Shown here: positions 24,757 through 37,840 of the stretch, in pieces
How the letters are laid out: every line of letters starts with the position of its first letter
How positions within the stretch are numbered: position 1 is the first letter of the stretch
Assembly: GCA_002269645.1 (NCBI GenBank)
Contig: NIVC01003949.1
Span: forward strand, 1 to 64,000
Reading direction: 5' to 3'
Source of the DNA: Macrostomum lignano
Lineage: Eukaryota
Length of the DNA stretch: 64,000 bases
Translations under genes and position numbers: made by a program
Notes under the pieces: model-generated
Told to the model about the DNA's origin: nothing
The model's database searches: none
Seen by the model: the letters and a program-made list of their open reading frames with translations, nothing else

Positions 24757-26660
24757 TTTTAACTCCGTTGCCAGTGTCAGGTGCCCCAGCATTACACAGC
24801 AGGCAGTCCATGTATCGATAGGTTTGGGCTTGACCCCGACTTATTTTCTCCCTGCAATATGAGCAGCAGGACGTCCTGAATAGGTTGGCAGCAGTAGCCC
24901 TCGGCCTGGATCATGTGGCCTGCCAGTTAAAGTTACTGCTGGCACAGGATGGTGGACAGGCACTGCAGCTTGGCCCGATCATACAGGGCCTCGGTCATAA
25001 TGCTCTTGTCAGCTCAAGTTACCCTTGAACTCAACACCGAGTCAAATGCCTTTTGAAAGTCAACAAAGACAATGATCAGCGTAGACTAGCGGATACGCGC
25101 CTCCTCGATGACCCGGCGGAGTGCAAGGATCTGTCACTGTACCCCATTGGGGCCGAAATCCGATCTGCTCGTACTGCAGGTACGGGTCCAGCACCGACTG
25201 CAGGCGATCGAGAAGCAGACGGTTGAAGAGCTTCGCGGTGCAGGACATCAGCGAGATCCCGCGGTGGTCTTCTTTCCGCGTGCGCCTGCCTTCTTTTGAT
25301 CGGCACGATGTGCGCGACAGTCCACTCATGACGCCTGTGACCTGGGAAGCCACACAGCGGAGCCGCAGCGTCTCGACCGAAACTTCGTCGGGGCCGAGCG
25401 CCTTGCCGCCTGGCTCTTCACGTCGGGGCCGACTGCAGTGATCGAACTCAAACGCGTCTTCAGCGTCGCCTGTGGGCCGCCTGTTGAAGTCGCTCGATGT
25501 TGAGCCGCGCCTGCCTGATGGTCGGGTCGCTCTGCCAGACAGGCAGCGATTTTTGCGCTGGCCGCATCAGCGGGACCGTCTACTCCGCAGTGGCTCTAAC
25601 GGCGGTGCTGATGTCGGTATACTCCGCCTCGCGCTGGTCTCCAAGCGCGCCGACGAAGGCGCCCGCGAATTGACGCTTCACGCGGGTGTCAAACAGTGCG
25701 CGATAGTAGCGCCGTGGCCGCTGCTTTGGCGGTCGGTAGAGCTGGTCGCGGAGCCGCAAGTCGCAGATCAGGAGTCGATGGATGGTCTGACCGGAGAGCC
25801 AGCGGAGCCATGGTGTCGCAGTAGACGCGGAGGCGATCGCGAGTGCGAACCAGCGCATGATCGAGTTGCGCCAGTCTCCTCGTGGTGTTCCGCCCGCATG
25901 AGTTCCGTCACCTTTTGCAGCCCGTAAAGGTGACTTGCAGCCCGCACCGCAGGGGGCTTGCGGAACTGGGTGTTCGCGGACACCAGATCCAGCCAGTCAA
26001 GCAGGTCCTCCAGCGCATCGGTGTTTGGCGTTCTCGCGTCCCGCGACAAAAGACGAGTGCTCGGACCTCCGCAGGACTGCGTTCAGGTCTCCGAGCACTG
26101 CCAGCGTGTCGCGGTTTGGCACCTCTATCAGCTGCCTAGCCAGGAAGTCGAAAAACACGAGCCTCCTCGGGGTGAGCAGCGGTGGGTGCATACGCGCAGA
26201 ACAGCCGGATGCTGTTCCACCCGCATCAGTCGCGGGGACAGCGAGATGCAGTGCACGCTCTGCTGGAGGCGCGGTCCGATCAGCACGCCGACACCGCCTC
26301 GGCCGCGATCGTCTGCCGACGTGTACAGGAGGCTCCAGCCGGCTCCGAGGTCCTCAGAGTGGAGCCCCGGCTCAGCCACAATAGAAACCTCCTGCAGTGA
26401 GACGAGGTCCAGCTGTAGGTCGTGGGCCAGCTGGACAATGATGGTGCGACGCCAGGGGCCTTCAGAGTTCGGCAGTTCATCGTGCCGAGTCTGAGGCGGC
26501 CTTCTGGTACAGCTGGGGCCAGATGGAGGTTGGCCTCGTGGTCCCCGGCGCCACCCGGCTGATCCATAGTTTGATCCATAAGACACTAGCAGGGACTGGG
26601 GGCAACAAGCGCCTGGCCGCGCCACGGAGTCGCCCTCGCCGGTTGCGCTCGCAAGGATAC
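24757..26660 (-). mobile_element. RTE-clade LINE, degenerate, with most of the RT internally deleted
   Basis: APE motifs LGTMNCRTL, LQEV, GGVGVL and VLGDLNA. RT start RGISLMS...QIGFRP...FVDFQKAFDSV joined directly to the C-terminal LAGH region. Confidence 0.85.
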
Positions 26661-27473
26661 TCGCGACATGGACTCAGTATCACAGCATCTTAAATTGCGC
26701 ATACATTTAATGAACTCAAAACATTTTGAAAGCCAGATATGCAAAGAGATCAAACAACGCATCTGATTCATTGTGAATAATTCTAGGAAAGACAGCGTAT
26801 TTCTGCTTACTTTTGTTGTTGCTTCAGAAAACGAGCTGTCTTCTAATTCAGTCTATATCTGTCAAACACTGAATGCGCACTTATTAACTAACCCACGCAA
26901 TAAGCCCAGCCTTTCCATATTAAGATTTTAGTATATAAAATTCAACACTTTGTGCAAGTGCACTGAACTCTTATCTGCTATAAACTGCCCAGGGCTAGAT
27001 CTGTATATACATGGCCGATTCATACGAGTCTTCTAGCATACCGCGTGGAAAGATATATTAAATATAAGAGTACCACCAACCAGTCTAACCGTAGCTGTTC
27101 GTTTAATTTTGATAATTATTAAAATGCATTATTTAACTAGCAATTGCTCTTTCGTGTAGCTTCAAATGTCGATTCGTGTGCTCAGTGTGTGTACTCTCTT
27201 TCTCTCTGCCTTTAACTACATAGACTTACCTGTTGCTAGAAAAAAATGTTGGCGAGTTTACACACGGCTGGGTAGCTGCTGCCCATTAAGGGGCTGCTTG
27301 ACAGCTCCACAGCTCCCCGCACCTTCATAATTGAAGCGTTTGCCTAGGTAGCTAATAAACTGGACAGGTCTTAACAGTGAATGGATCTTGTTATAATAAT
27401 TATGTTGCTCCAAGTTTCAGCTGATGTGTTAATAAATTGAACAGTAGAGAGAAAAGGTCAGTATTTAGACAGC

Positions 27474-30400
27474 ATGCAAGCAGCAGACGATCGGCGTCTG
27501 TGCGATCCAAGCTACGGCAGTGACGGCTGCGTGCTCAGAGAACTGCTGCCCGATTTGCTGCAGTTCCTTAGTCAGGATCTTGAGCAGGAACAGCTGACTG
27601 ACGCCTGCAGTGAGAAACGGCGAGCACTTTTACAGCAGTTGAGTCTGTTCAGGATTGCCCAGTGCGGCGGGCCTAGTCAAGCTGTCAAGACTAGGCGTAG
27701 CCAGCCTCCGCCACCCGTGCCGCCGCATCAACAGCAGCAGCAATCAAGTGCCACCGGTTTTGGAGGCTTTCTCACCGATGCCATGTTTAATCGTCGGTCC
27801 CAGCTTATTGGCAATAGTAGAGGCGGTAAAGGTAAGCGTATGGCATCTTAACAACTCCCAAATTGAGCCATAGCATCTCAGCAACTCCCCATTGAGCCAT
27901 GGCATCTCAGCAACTCCCCATTGAGCCATGGCATCTCAGCAACTCCCAAATTGAGCCATAGCATCTCAGCAACTCCCCATTGAGCCATGGCATCTCAGCA
28001 ACTCCCCATTGAGCCATGGCATCTCAGCAACTCCCAAATTGAGCCATAGCATCTCAGCAACTCCCCATTGAGCCATGGCATCTCAGAAACTCCCCATTGA
28101 GCCATAGCATCTCAGCAACTCCCCATTGAGCCATGGCATCTCAGCAACTCCCCATTGAGCCATGGCATCTCAGCAACTCCCCATTGAGCCATGGCATCTC
28201 AGCAACTCCCCATTGAGCCATGGCATCTCAGCAACTCCCCATTGAGCCATGGCATCTCAGCAACTCCCAAATTGAGCCATGGCATCTCAGCAACTCCCCA
28301 TTGAGCCATGGCATCTCAGCAACTCCCCATTGAGCCATGGCATCTCAGCAACTCCCCATTGAGCCATGGCATCTCAGCAACTCCCCATTGAGCCATGGCA
28401 TCTCAGCAACTCCCATTGAGCCATGGCACCTCAGCAACTCCCGAATTGAGCCATGGCATCTTAGCAACTCCCATTGAGCCAATTGGCATCTCAGCAACTC
28501 CCATATTGAGCGAGTAATAGATTTAATACTTTTATATATTGAGTTTAATCAAACGAAAAATTGATTTTAATCATTTTCTAGATTTGAAGAATCGTAAGTC
28601 ATTGCCGCCACAGGCCTTCTCTAAGTGAGTATTTGTCAGTTTTTATTCTTATTCTAGTGTCAACTGGGTCGTGGGGTCATTTTGGGTAAAAATAAAGCAG
28701 TGCAATGTATAGTTGTTATAACTGATCAGCAAATTCAACTGTCTACAAAGTGTCCTTTCGTGTCCCTTTGTAGTTTTGGCTTCACATTTGACAAGCACGA
28801 AGCGGAGGCACCGTTAAATGAATCTGGTAAAGTTGGTCATTCTATCTCATCAATATTTTCCCCCTTGGGAGAAATATATATGTTATTCTGTATTCTTTTA
28901 TTTTGTTAAAAAACCATCATATTGATAATATATTTTCAGACTATGAGACGCCAATTTCTATGGATCTTAATGGTCAGATACTGTGAGTTTGATAACACAA
29001 AGTACTTTGGAGGGAAAGGAGTAGCGCCACTCCGTCAAGAGTCTGAGATGAAGAATGGGGGTAGCGCCACTCCATCAAGAGTCTGAGATGAAGAATGTGG
29101 GGTAGCGCCACTCCGTCAAGAGTCTGAGATGAAGAATGGGGGTAGCGCCACTCCATCAAGAGTCTGAGATGAAGAATGTGGGGTAGCGCCACTCCGTCAA
29201 GAGTCTGAGATGAAGAATGGGGGTAGCGCCACTCCATCAAGAGTCTGAGAAGGGGAATGGGGAGTAGCAACCACTCCATCAAGAGTCTGAGAAGGGGAAT
29301 GGGGAGTAGCAACCACTCCATCAAGAGTCTGAGAATAGGAATGGGGAGTAGCAACCACTCCATCAAGAGTCTGAGAATGGGAATGGGGAGTAGCAACCAC
29401 TCCATCAAGAGTCTGAGAATGGGAATGGGGAGTAGCAACCACTCCATCAAGAGTCTGAGAAGGGGAATAGGAAGTAGCAACCACTCCATCAAGAGTCTGA
29501 GAAGGGGAATGGGGAGTAGCAACCACTCCATCAAGAGTCTGAGAAGGGGAATAGGAAGTAGCAACCACTCCATCAAGAGTCTGAGAAGGGGAATAGGAAG
29601 TAGCGCCACTCCATCAAGAGTCTGAGAAGGGGCTGTTCAAAATTCCTATAAACTGACCCAAATCTCATCTTAATCATTGCTACTCCAGACTGCCAGGCAG
29701 ACGAAGCGCTGGAGGTGCAGCTGCACCTGGCGTTTCCAGTGTGGCGTCGGCTCCTAGCATCTGCGGCGCGCTGCATCATCGTCACGAGGACACGTGCCGC
29801 TGGCAGTCGTATCCCCTGTGTCAGCTGATGCCAGCCGGGTCGCGTCTGTTGCTTTATAAGTCCTCGCGAGCCACCGGGAGCCCGTCGCTGACCCTACTAC
29901 TAGCTGGCTACACCGCTATATATGTTGAACGGGAGTCTTCAGCTAATCATGTGATCAAACTGACTCATCCAAGTCTGCCAACTCACGCACTTTCTGCCGA
30001 TTCTGAAGATGAAGCTCGAGCTTGGGTTGCTAAGATCAATCTTTTGCAGCAGCAGCAGCAGTTGCAGAATCTTCGGGAAATGTTTTTCCCGGGATTCAGT
30101 CAGGAGCCTGACAGTGGTTTCTCTGGTCCGGTGTCTTCTAGTTCCACTGACTCCTGTGATCACCAGCAGCAGCGGAAACCGAAGTTAACAAAGTCTACTA
30201 CGTTTTCTGGGCTTGGTTAGTGCAATCAAGTTTGTCTCACTTATATTATCTCTCATCTCACCCTCATTTTGTCTCATCTCACCCTTGTTCTGTCTCATCT
30301 CACCCTTATTCTGTCTCATCTCACCCTTATTCTGTCTCATCTCACCCTTATTCTGTCTCATCTCACCCTCATTCTGTCTCATCTCACCCTCATTCTGTCT

Positions 30401-33400
30401 CATCTCACCCTTATTGTCTCATCTCACCCTTATTCTGTCTCATCTCACCCTTATTCTGTCTCATCTCATCCTCATTCTGTCTCATCTCAATCTTATTCTG
30501 TCTCATCTCACCCTCATTCTGTCTCATCTCACCCTTATTCTGTCTCATCTCAGCCTCACTCTGTCTCATCTCACCCTTGTTCTGTCTCATCTCACCCTTA
30601 TTCTGTCTCATCTCACCCTTATTCTGTCTCATCTCACCCTTATTCTGTCTCATCTCACCCTCATTCTGTCTCATCTCACCCTCATTCTGTCTCGTCTCAC
30701 TCATTCTGTCTCATCTCACCATCATTCTGTCTCATCTCACTCTCATTCTGTCTCATCTTATCCTCACTCTGACTCATCTCACCCTCATTCTGTCTCATCT
30801 CACCCTCATTCTGTCTTATCTCACTCTTGTCTCATTTGACTCTCATTTTATCTCAGTCTATCTCACTCTCCTCCTCATTCTCAGTGTCTCAGTCTCCTCA
30901 GCAGTTAAGCCGCATAAGAAATCTATGATTTTGCAGGTCAGCATCACGCCGATGATGGGGCAATGCTATCGGCCGAAGCTTCGGCGGCCGCATCCGCTGC
31001 GGCGCACAGCCGCCAGCATTCCGGCGGTTTTATGCGTCGATTACGAAGCTCGTTCGGCGCCGGCAGCTCGAATCGACGGAATCAACGCGAGGCGGCGGCT
31101 GCGGCAGCGGCGGCCGAGGCGGATGCCGCCCTGGGGACAGATGACTGCTTAGTGGAGAGCGACGCTGAAGCCCGGCTTGGTGGCCAGGGGCGTTGGCTGC
31201 GGTGTCGGGCTCGGCTTCGTCGAGGCGGCCGGCTCTGTCTGCCCGGCGTGGCCGCTGAGCCCATCTTGCTGGACGATCGGACCAGCCTGCAGCCATTGAA
31301 CGGCGGCGATAGCGGGGTCTCGTCGGGACCAACTGAAGTTGTGGTTGCCGGCCAGGTTGTCAGGCGGCGGCAGAAACGAAACGGCGTAGACGGTCAAGCC
31401 TGCGGTATTCGAGTCGTTCGGGTAGCTAATTATGATAATTATTATAATGTTACTAGTAGCCAATCAATGTTTGTTTACAGGGACTCGGTGTCCTAAACTA
31501 AAACTAGACTATCATAAACTGAAGCTAGACACAGACCTAAACTGAAGCTAGACACAGACCTAAACTGAAGCTAGACACAGACCTAAACTGAAGCTAGACA
31601 CAGACCTAAACTGAAGCTAGACACTACCTAAACTGCAGCTGGACACAGACCTAAACTAAAGCTGGACACAGACCTAAACTGCAGCTGGACACAGTCCTAA
31701 ACTGAAGCTAGACACAGACCTAAACTGCAGCTGGACACAGACCTAAACTAAAGCTGGACACAGACCTAAACTAAAGCTGGACACAGACCTAAACTGCAGC
31801 TGGACACAGACCTAAACTGCAGCTAGACACAGACCTAAACTGAAGCTAGACACAGACCTAAACTGCAGCTGGACACAGACCTAAACTGAAGCTAGACACT
31901 ACCTAAACTGCAGCTGGACACAGACCTAAACTAAAGCTGGACACAGACCTAAACTGCAGCTGGACACAGTCCTAAACTGAAGCTAGACACAGACCTAAAC
32001 TGCAGCTAGACACAGACCTAAACTAAAGCTGGACACAGACCTAAACTGCAGCTGGACACAGACCTAAACTGCAGCTAGACACAGACCTAAACTGAAGCTA
32101 GACACAGACCTAAACTGCAGCTAGACACAGACCTAAACTGCAGCTAGACACAGACCTAAACTGAAGCTAGACACAGACCTAAACTGCAGCTGGACACAGA
32201 CCTAAACTAAAGCTGGACACAGACCTAAACTGCAGCTGGACACAGTCCTAAACTGAAGCTAGACACAGACCTAAACTGCAGCTGGACACAGACCTAAACT
32301 AAAGCTGGACACAGACCTAAACTGCAGCTGGACACAGACCTAAACTGCAGCTAGACACAGACCTAAACTGAAGCTAGACACAGACCTAAACTGCAGCTGG
32401 ACACAGACCTAAACTGCAGCTAGACACAGACCTAAACTGAAGCTAGACACAGACCTAAACTGCAGCTGGACACAGACCTAAACTGAAGCTAGACACAGAC
32501 CTAAGCTAAAGCTGGACACAGACCTAAACTGCAGCTAGACACAGACCTAAACTGAAGCTGGACACAGACCTAAACTGCAGCTAGACACAGACCTAAACTG
32601 AAGCTAGACACAGACCTAAACTGAAGCTGGACACAGTCCTAAACTGAAGCTGGACACAGACCTAAACTGCAGCTAGACACAGACCTAAACTGAAGCTGGA
32701 CACAGACCTAAACTGCAGCTAGACACAGACCTAAACTGCAGCTAGACACAGACCTAAACTGAAGCTGGACACAGTCCTAAACTGAAGCTGGACACAGACC
32801 TAAACTGCAGCTAGACACAGACCTAAACTGAAGCTGGACACAGACCTAAACTGCAGCTAGACACAGACCTAAACTGAAGCTAGACAGACAAATCTCAGCT
32901 TTAGTTAAGTTAGATAAAGTAGTTGTGTTTAAACCACAGAACTGAGAATTCTCATAAAATGAGAATAGCATTCTAAAGCATACAAAACCTCTACTCAAAC
33001 AGCAAACACCTCCGGGCTCCGCCGCTGGTGCAGCTTCAACTATCGTAGCCGAACTCAAAGGCCTAGACAAACTGGCCCTAGGCGAATGGATCAAGCACAT
33101 GGCCTTAGCAACCGGCATGGCCCCGCAATACGAGCCAATGCAAACCGAGCTATTGGATTTACACAGCGCCCGCGCCCTAGTCGATAGCAGGCGTCGCGCG
33201 TCCATGCCCGAGCGTCAGTTGAATTGCCTCACTGATTTGGTGTCCGCCGCTGCCGCCTCAGGCAGAGCGCCGCGACCCCTGCCGCCTCTGCCAGACAATT
33301 CAATTACTAGCGGCTACGGCTTAGGCGGCAACACTGCCGAGTCTGGCTGCGCAGTCCAGCCCGCTGCTCCGTACTGTCTGTACGATATGGACTGCCATGA

Positions 33401-33425
33401 GCAGATGAGCTCAAACTGCGGCTGA
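27474..33425 (+). CDS. AFAP1: AFAP1-family adaptor with two PH domains; exons 27474-27831, small exon(s) at 28582-28624 and/or 28940-28972, 29689(or 29697)-30215, 30937-31421, 33003-33425
   Basis: N-terminal LLPDLLQFL...EQLTDACSEKRRALL helix as in AFAP/SKAP. PH1 ICGALHHR...LLLYKSS...ARAWVAKI. PH2 ends IVAELKGLDKLALGEWIKHMALATG, like AFAP1 [24 protein letters not shown]. Small middle exons uncertain. Confidence 0.78.
27840..28510. repeat. 29-bp minisatellite (~23 copies), AFAP intron
   Basis: Unit CATCTCAGCAACTCCCCATTGAGCCATGG. Confidence 0.95.
29010..29632. repeat. 41/42-bp minisatellite with two sub-blocks, AFAP intron
   Basis: Unit GAGTCTGAGAAGGGGAATGGGGAGTAGCAACCACTCCATCAA, ~15 copies. 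Confidence 0.95.
30232..30900. repeat. 21-bp pyrimidine-rich minisatellite, AFAP intron
   Basis: Unit CTCATCTCACCCTTATTCTGT, ~30 copies. Confidence 0.95.
31494..32890. repeat. 23-bp minisatellite (~60 copies), AFAP last intron
   Basis: Unit CTAAACTGCAGCTGGACACAGAC. Confidence 0.95.
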
Positions 33426-33569
33426 TAAATGTGTGGCAAAAATGTTTGACCTTTTCTATTTTAATATCCTCTTGCTAGACATTTTTTATCTTAGTCTGCA
33501 TCTTCACGAGCTTAGTTACTTCTGTTCGACTTTATTAACTCTCTCTTTCCATTCCTCTTTCTCTTCAGT

Positions 33570-34480
33570 CTACTTCTCTTCTCTTTCCTGTCTGCCTCTC
33601 TCCTCTTCTCTTCTCTCCTGTCTGCCTGTCTCCTCTCCTCTTCTCTCCTGTCTGTCTGTCTGTCTCTTCTCTTCTCTCCTGTCTGTCTGTCTCTTCTCTT
33701 CTCTCCTGTCTGTCTGTCTCCTCTTCTCTCCTGTCTGTCTGTCTCCTCTTCTCTCCTGTCTGCCTGTCTCCTCTCCTCTTCTCTCCTGTCTGCCTGTCTC
33801 CTCTCCTCTTCTCTCCTGTCTGCCTGTCTCTTCTCTTCTCTCCTGTCTGTCTGTCTCCTCTTCTCTCCTGTCTGCCTGTCTCCTCTCCTCTTCTCTCCTG
33901 TCTGCCTGTCTCTTCTCTTCTCTCCTGTCTGTCTGTCTCCTCTTCTCTCCTGTCTGCCTGTCTCCTCTTCTCTCCTGTCTGTCTGTCTCCTCTTCTCTCC
34001 TGTCTGCCTGTCTCCTCTCCTCTTCTCTCCTGTCTGTCTGTCTCTTCTCTTCTCTCCTGTCTGTCTGTCTCCTCTTCTCTTCTGTCTGTCTGTCTCCTCT
34101 TCTCTCCTGTCTGTCTGTCTTCTCTTCTCTCCTGTCTGTCTGTCTTCTCTTCTCTTCTGTCTGTCTGTCTTCTCTTCTCTCCTGTCTGTCTGTCTTCTCT
34201 TCTCTTCTGTCTGTCTGTCTCCTCTTCTCTCCTGTCTGTCTGTCTCCTCTCCTCTCCTGTCTGTCTGTCTCCTCTTCTCTTCTGTCTGTCTGTCTGTCTC
34301 CTCTTCTCTTCTGTCTGTCTGTCTGTCTCCTCTTCTCTCCTGTCTGTCTGTCTCCTCTCCTCTCCTGTCTGTCTGTCTCCTCTCCTCTCCTGTCTGTCTG
34401 TCTCCTCTTCTCTCCTGTCTGTCTGTCTCCTCTCTCCTGTCCGCTTCTCTTCTCCTCTCTCCTGTCTGCCTTTCCTCTTT
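33570..34480. repeat. Compound CT/CTGT/CTCTT low-complexity array
   Basis: Almost pure pyrimidine plus-strand tract built from CTCCTGTCTGTCTGTCT-type units. Confidence 0.95.
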
Positions 34481-35077
34481 TCTCCTCTTCGTCTTTCCCT
34501 CGTGTCTCTTGCGCTTTTCCCTTTTTCTCTGTCCTGTCTCCCTTGTGCAGTCTGTCCGAGTGTGTCAGGGAGCATTTTTTCACGCAAATAAACAACTTGA
34601 TTTACATGTAAAATTTAATGTAAGTAGTTTTAATTGATAACAGCAAGTTATTCTCTAATTTTCCGTAGTTCTATGCCCAACTATACTACTCACTACCAAT
34701 CGTGTTACTAGTAGTATATACAATGCAACCAGTGTCTTTTCCGTTCGCCTTCCGACAGTCGTTTCGTGTTTTCATTTTGTGTGTTCGGCAGATCAGTTCA
34801 ACAAAAATTGCTCAAAAAATGTCGCGTATTAAAACCCCTGTCTTGATAGACGACTGTTTGATAAGAAACCATGCTTATAGCTAAGAAATTTTCAACTTTT
34901 TAGAAAATTATCTTCAATCCTGTTTCTAGCTAGCAATCTTTGCCTCTTCCTTGGGAAGGCAGGCAACACAAGAAAGAAATAATTTTTTTAGCAAAATATT
35001 TATGTAGTTCTCGTACGATGTTTGAACCAAAAAAGCAACTCCCATGAAAATCTTTTTAGATGTGGCTTGATTCTTGG

Positions 35078-35375
35078 CCCTTGACGTCTCAGCAATTCCC
35101 CCTGTAGGCCTTGGCATCTCAGCAATTCCCCCCGTAGGCCTTGGCATCTCAGCAATTCCCCCCGTAGGCCTTGACATCTCAGCAATTCCCCCCGTAGGCC
35201 TTGACATCTCAGCAATTCCCCCGTAGGCCTTGGCATCTCAGCAATTCCCCCCGTAGGCCTTGGCATCTCAGCAATTCCCCCCGTAGGCCTTGGCATCTCA
35301 GCAATTCCCCCCGTAGGCCTTGACATCTCAGCAATTCCCCCTGTAGGCCTTGACATCTCAGCAATTCCCCCCTGA
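35078..35375. repeat. 30-bp minisatellite related to the 29-bp AFAP array
   Basis: Unit TAGGCCTTGGCATCTCAGCAATTCCCCCCG, ~10 copies. Confidence 0.95.
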
Positions 35376-36494
35376 GCTTTCAAGAATTCTGGATACTAAT
35401 AAGGTGGCGAGGACACGACATTCATACTCACTCTGGCCTGCTACCCAGTCTAAATTAAGGGTTAAAATTGTTTCAATTAGAGTAAGCCCTGATGACTTCA
35501 AAAATTGATGAGCACAAATTAAAAAGTTACTTTTTTTCTTGCATCGAATCGCGGCGGCTTTTTTAATTGATTTTTCATTTTTATACTTTTTGTATTGTAC
35601 ACGGTAATACCCTGATAGTGGTATTAATATTTATCGTTTACATGATCATGAATTTTATGTCCTAATATTTTAATAGCCTTATTTCCTGTATTCACTATTG
35701 AAGTCAGTATAGTAGACTTATTGATTAAAACTTGAGCAGGTTTCATAGATCAATTTATAATTTCTTATTATTTCATCGCTTATTAGATGACGAGGCATTT
35801 GAAGTATAGTAAGAAAGTCATAGTTACTCCTGCCGTTTTCCCGTCCGCGGCTGTGTTTTGTATAATTGCTTTTTTCATAAAAAACCGGCTTCAATATTGT
35901 TAGCAAGCAGTTTGATTTTTTCTACAAAAAATTTTTGCTACAAAGTTTTGTATTTTTATAATCATTGTGTAGTATTCCTTGTAAATATTTATTACCAGTT
36001 ACCAAAATTGTATAAAAACCAATGTATAAAACAAGAATTCTATTTAAAAACTAGTTTTTGTCAGTATTTTTTAATACAAAAAACTGTTACTTTGTTTATA
36101 AAAAATCAATCCAAGTAGCTTCATCTGTTTTTTTAAAAGATTTTTATTGAACTGTGCCGAACTTGAAGTTTTTATCTGTATAATATAAAAACTTTTCGTC
36201 GAATAAATAAAAATAATACTACTGCTGAAGCGCTTTGAATAGTAGTGCTAAATGCAAATTTTGTTTTAAAAAATAACGAGAAAATATTAACCATATTTTA
36301 ATTGTTTTTACAAGATATTTAACTCAGAGCAAATGCAGTTATAGAAATCGTATTTGAATTCTTAGCACTACTATTTAATGATGGTTCAGTGAAAAGCGTT
36401 TATGCGTCTTCAATCAATTAAATTCTATATTTCGTAATCTTATCAAGAGCTTGCCTTCACTTTTTTCTTCAATGCTTTGCCTGCTACCAATCTC

Positions 36495-37840
36495 CTAGAT
36501 CCAGAGTTGCTGGGCCAGCCTCCCAGATCGATCCTCAGTTGCTGGACCAGCCTCCCAGAGTGTCAGTTGCTGGGCCAGCCTCCCAAATCCTCAGTTGCTG
36601 GACCAGCCTCCCAGAGTGTCAGTTGCTGGGCCAGCCTCCCAAATCCTCAGTTTCTGGGCCGGCCTCCCAAATCCTCAGTTGCTGGGCCAGCCTCCCAAAT
36701 CCTCAGTTGCTGGACCAGCCTCCCAGAGTGTCAGTTGCTGGGCCAGCCTCCCAAATCCTCAGTTTCTGGGCCGGCCTCCCAAATCCTCAGTTGCTGGGCC
36801 AGCCTCCCAAATCCTCAGTTGCTGGACCAGCCTCCCAGAGTGTCAGTTGCTGGGCCAGCCTCCCAAATCCTCAGTTTCTGGGCCGGCCTCCCAAATCCTC
36901 AGTTGCTGGGCCAGCCTCCCAAATCCTCAGTTGCTGGACCAGCCTCCCAGAGTGTCAGTTGCTGGGCCAGCCTCCCAAATCCTCAGTTTCTGGGCCAGCC
37001 TCCCAAATCCTCAGTTGCTGGGCCAGCCTCCCAAATCCTCAGTTTCTGGGCCGGCCTCCCAAATCCTCAGTTGCTGGGCCAGCCTCCCAAATCCTCAGTT
37101 GCTGGGCCAGCCTCCCAAATCCTCAGTTTCTGGGCCGGCCTCCCAAATCCTCAGTTGCTGGGCCAGCCTCCCAAATCCTCAGTTTCTGGGCCGGCCTCCC
37201 AGAGTGTCAGTTGCTGGGCCAGCCTCCCAAATCCTCAGTTTCTGGGCCGGCCTCCCAAATCCTCAGTTGCTGGGCCAGCCTCCCAAATCCTCAGTTGCTG
37301 GACCAGCCTCCCAGAGTGTCAGTTGCTGGGCCAGCCTCCCAAATCCTCAGTTGCTGGGCCGGCCTCCCAAATCCTCAGTTGCTGGGCCAGCCTCCCAAAT
37401 CCTCAGTTTCTGGGCCGGCCTCCCAGAGTGTCAGTTGCTGGGCCAGCCTCCCAAATCCTTAGTTTCTGGGCCGGCCTCCCAAATCCTCAGTTGCTGGACC
37501 AGCCTCCCAGAGTGTCAGTTGCTGGGCCAGCCTCCCAAATCCTCAGTTTCTGGGCCGGCCTCCCAAATCCTCAGTTGCTGGGCCAGCCTCCCAAATCCTC
37601 AGTTTCTGGGCCGGCCTCCCAGATCCTCAGTTGCTGGGCCAGCCTCTCAGATCCCCAGTTTCTGGGCCAGCCTTCCAGATCCCCAGTTGCTGGGCCAGCC
37701 TCCCAGATCCTCAGTTGCTGGGCCAGCCTCTCAGTTCCCCAGTTCTGGGCCAGCCTCTCAGATCCCCAGTTGCTGGGTCAGCCTGTCAGATCCTCAGTTG
37801 CTGGGCCAGCCTTCCAGATCCTCAGCTGCTGTGCCAGCTT
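36495..37840. repeat. 28-bp minisatellite family B, locus 1 (~48 copies)
   Basis: Unit CCTCCCAAATCCTCAGTTGCTGGGCCAG. Confidence 0.95.

Noticed and set aside
27840-32890. Regular repeats as a possible CRISPR array
   Set aside because: Head-to-tail units without unique spacers, in eukaryotic introns, with no cas genes.
33433-34611. Arg/Glu-rich and Leu/Ser-rich ~340-390-aa ORFs (possible adhesive-type protein)
   Set aside because: They derive from a CT/CTGT low-complexity tract with no non-repetitive domain or signal peptide.
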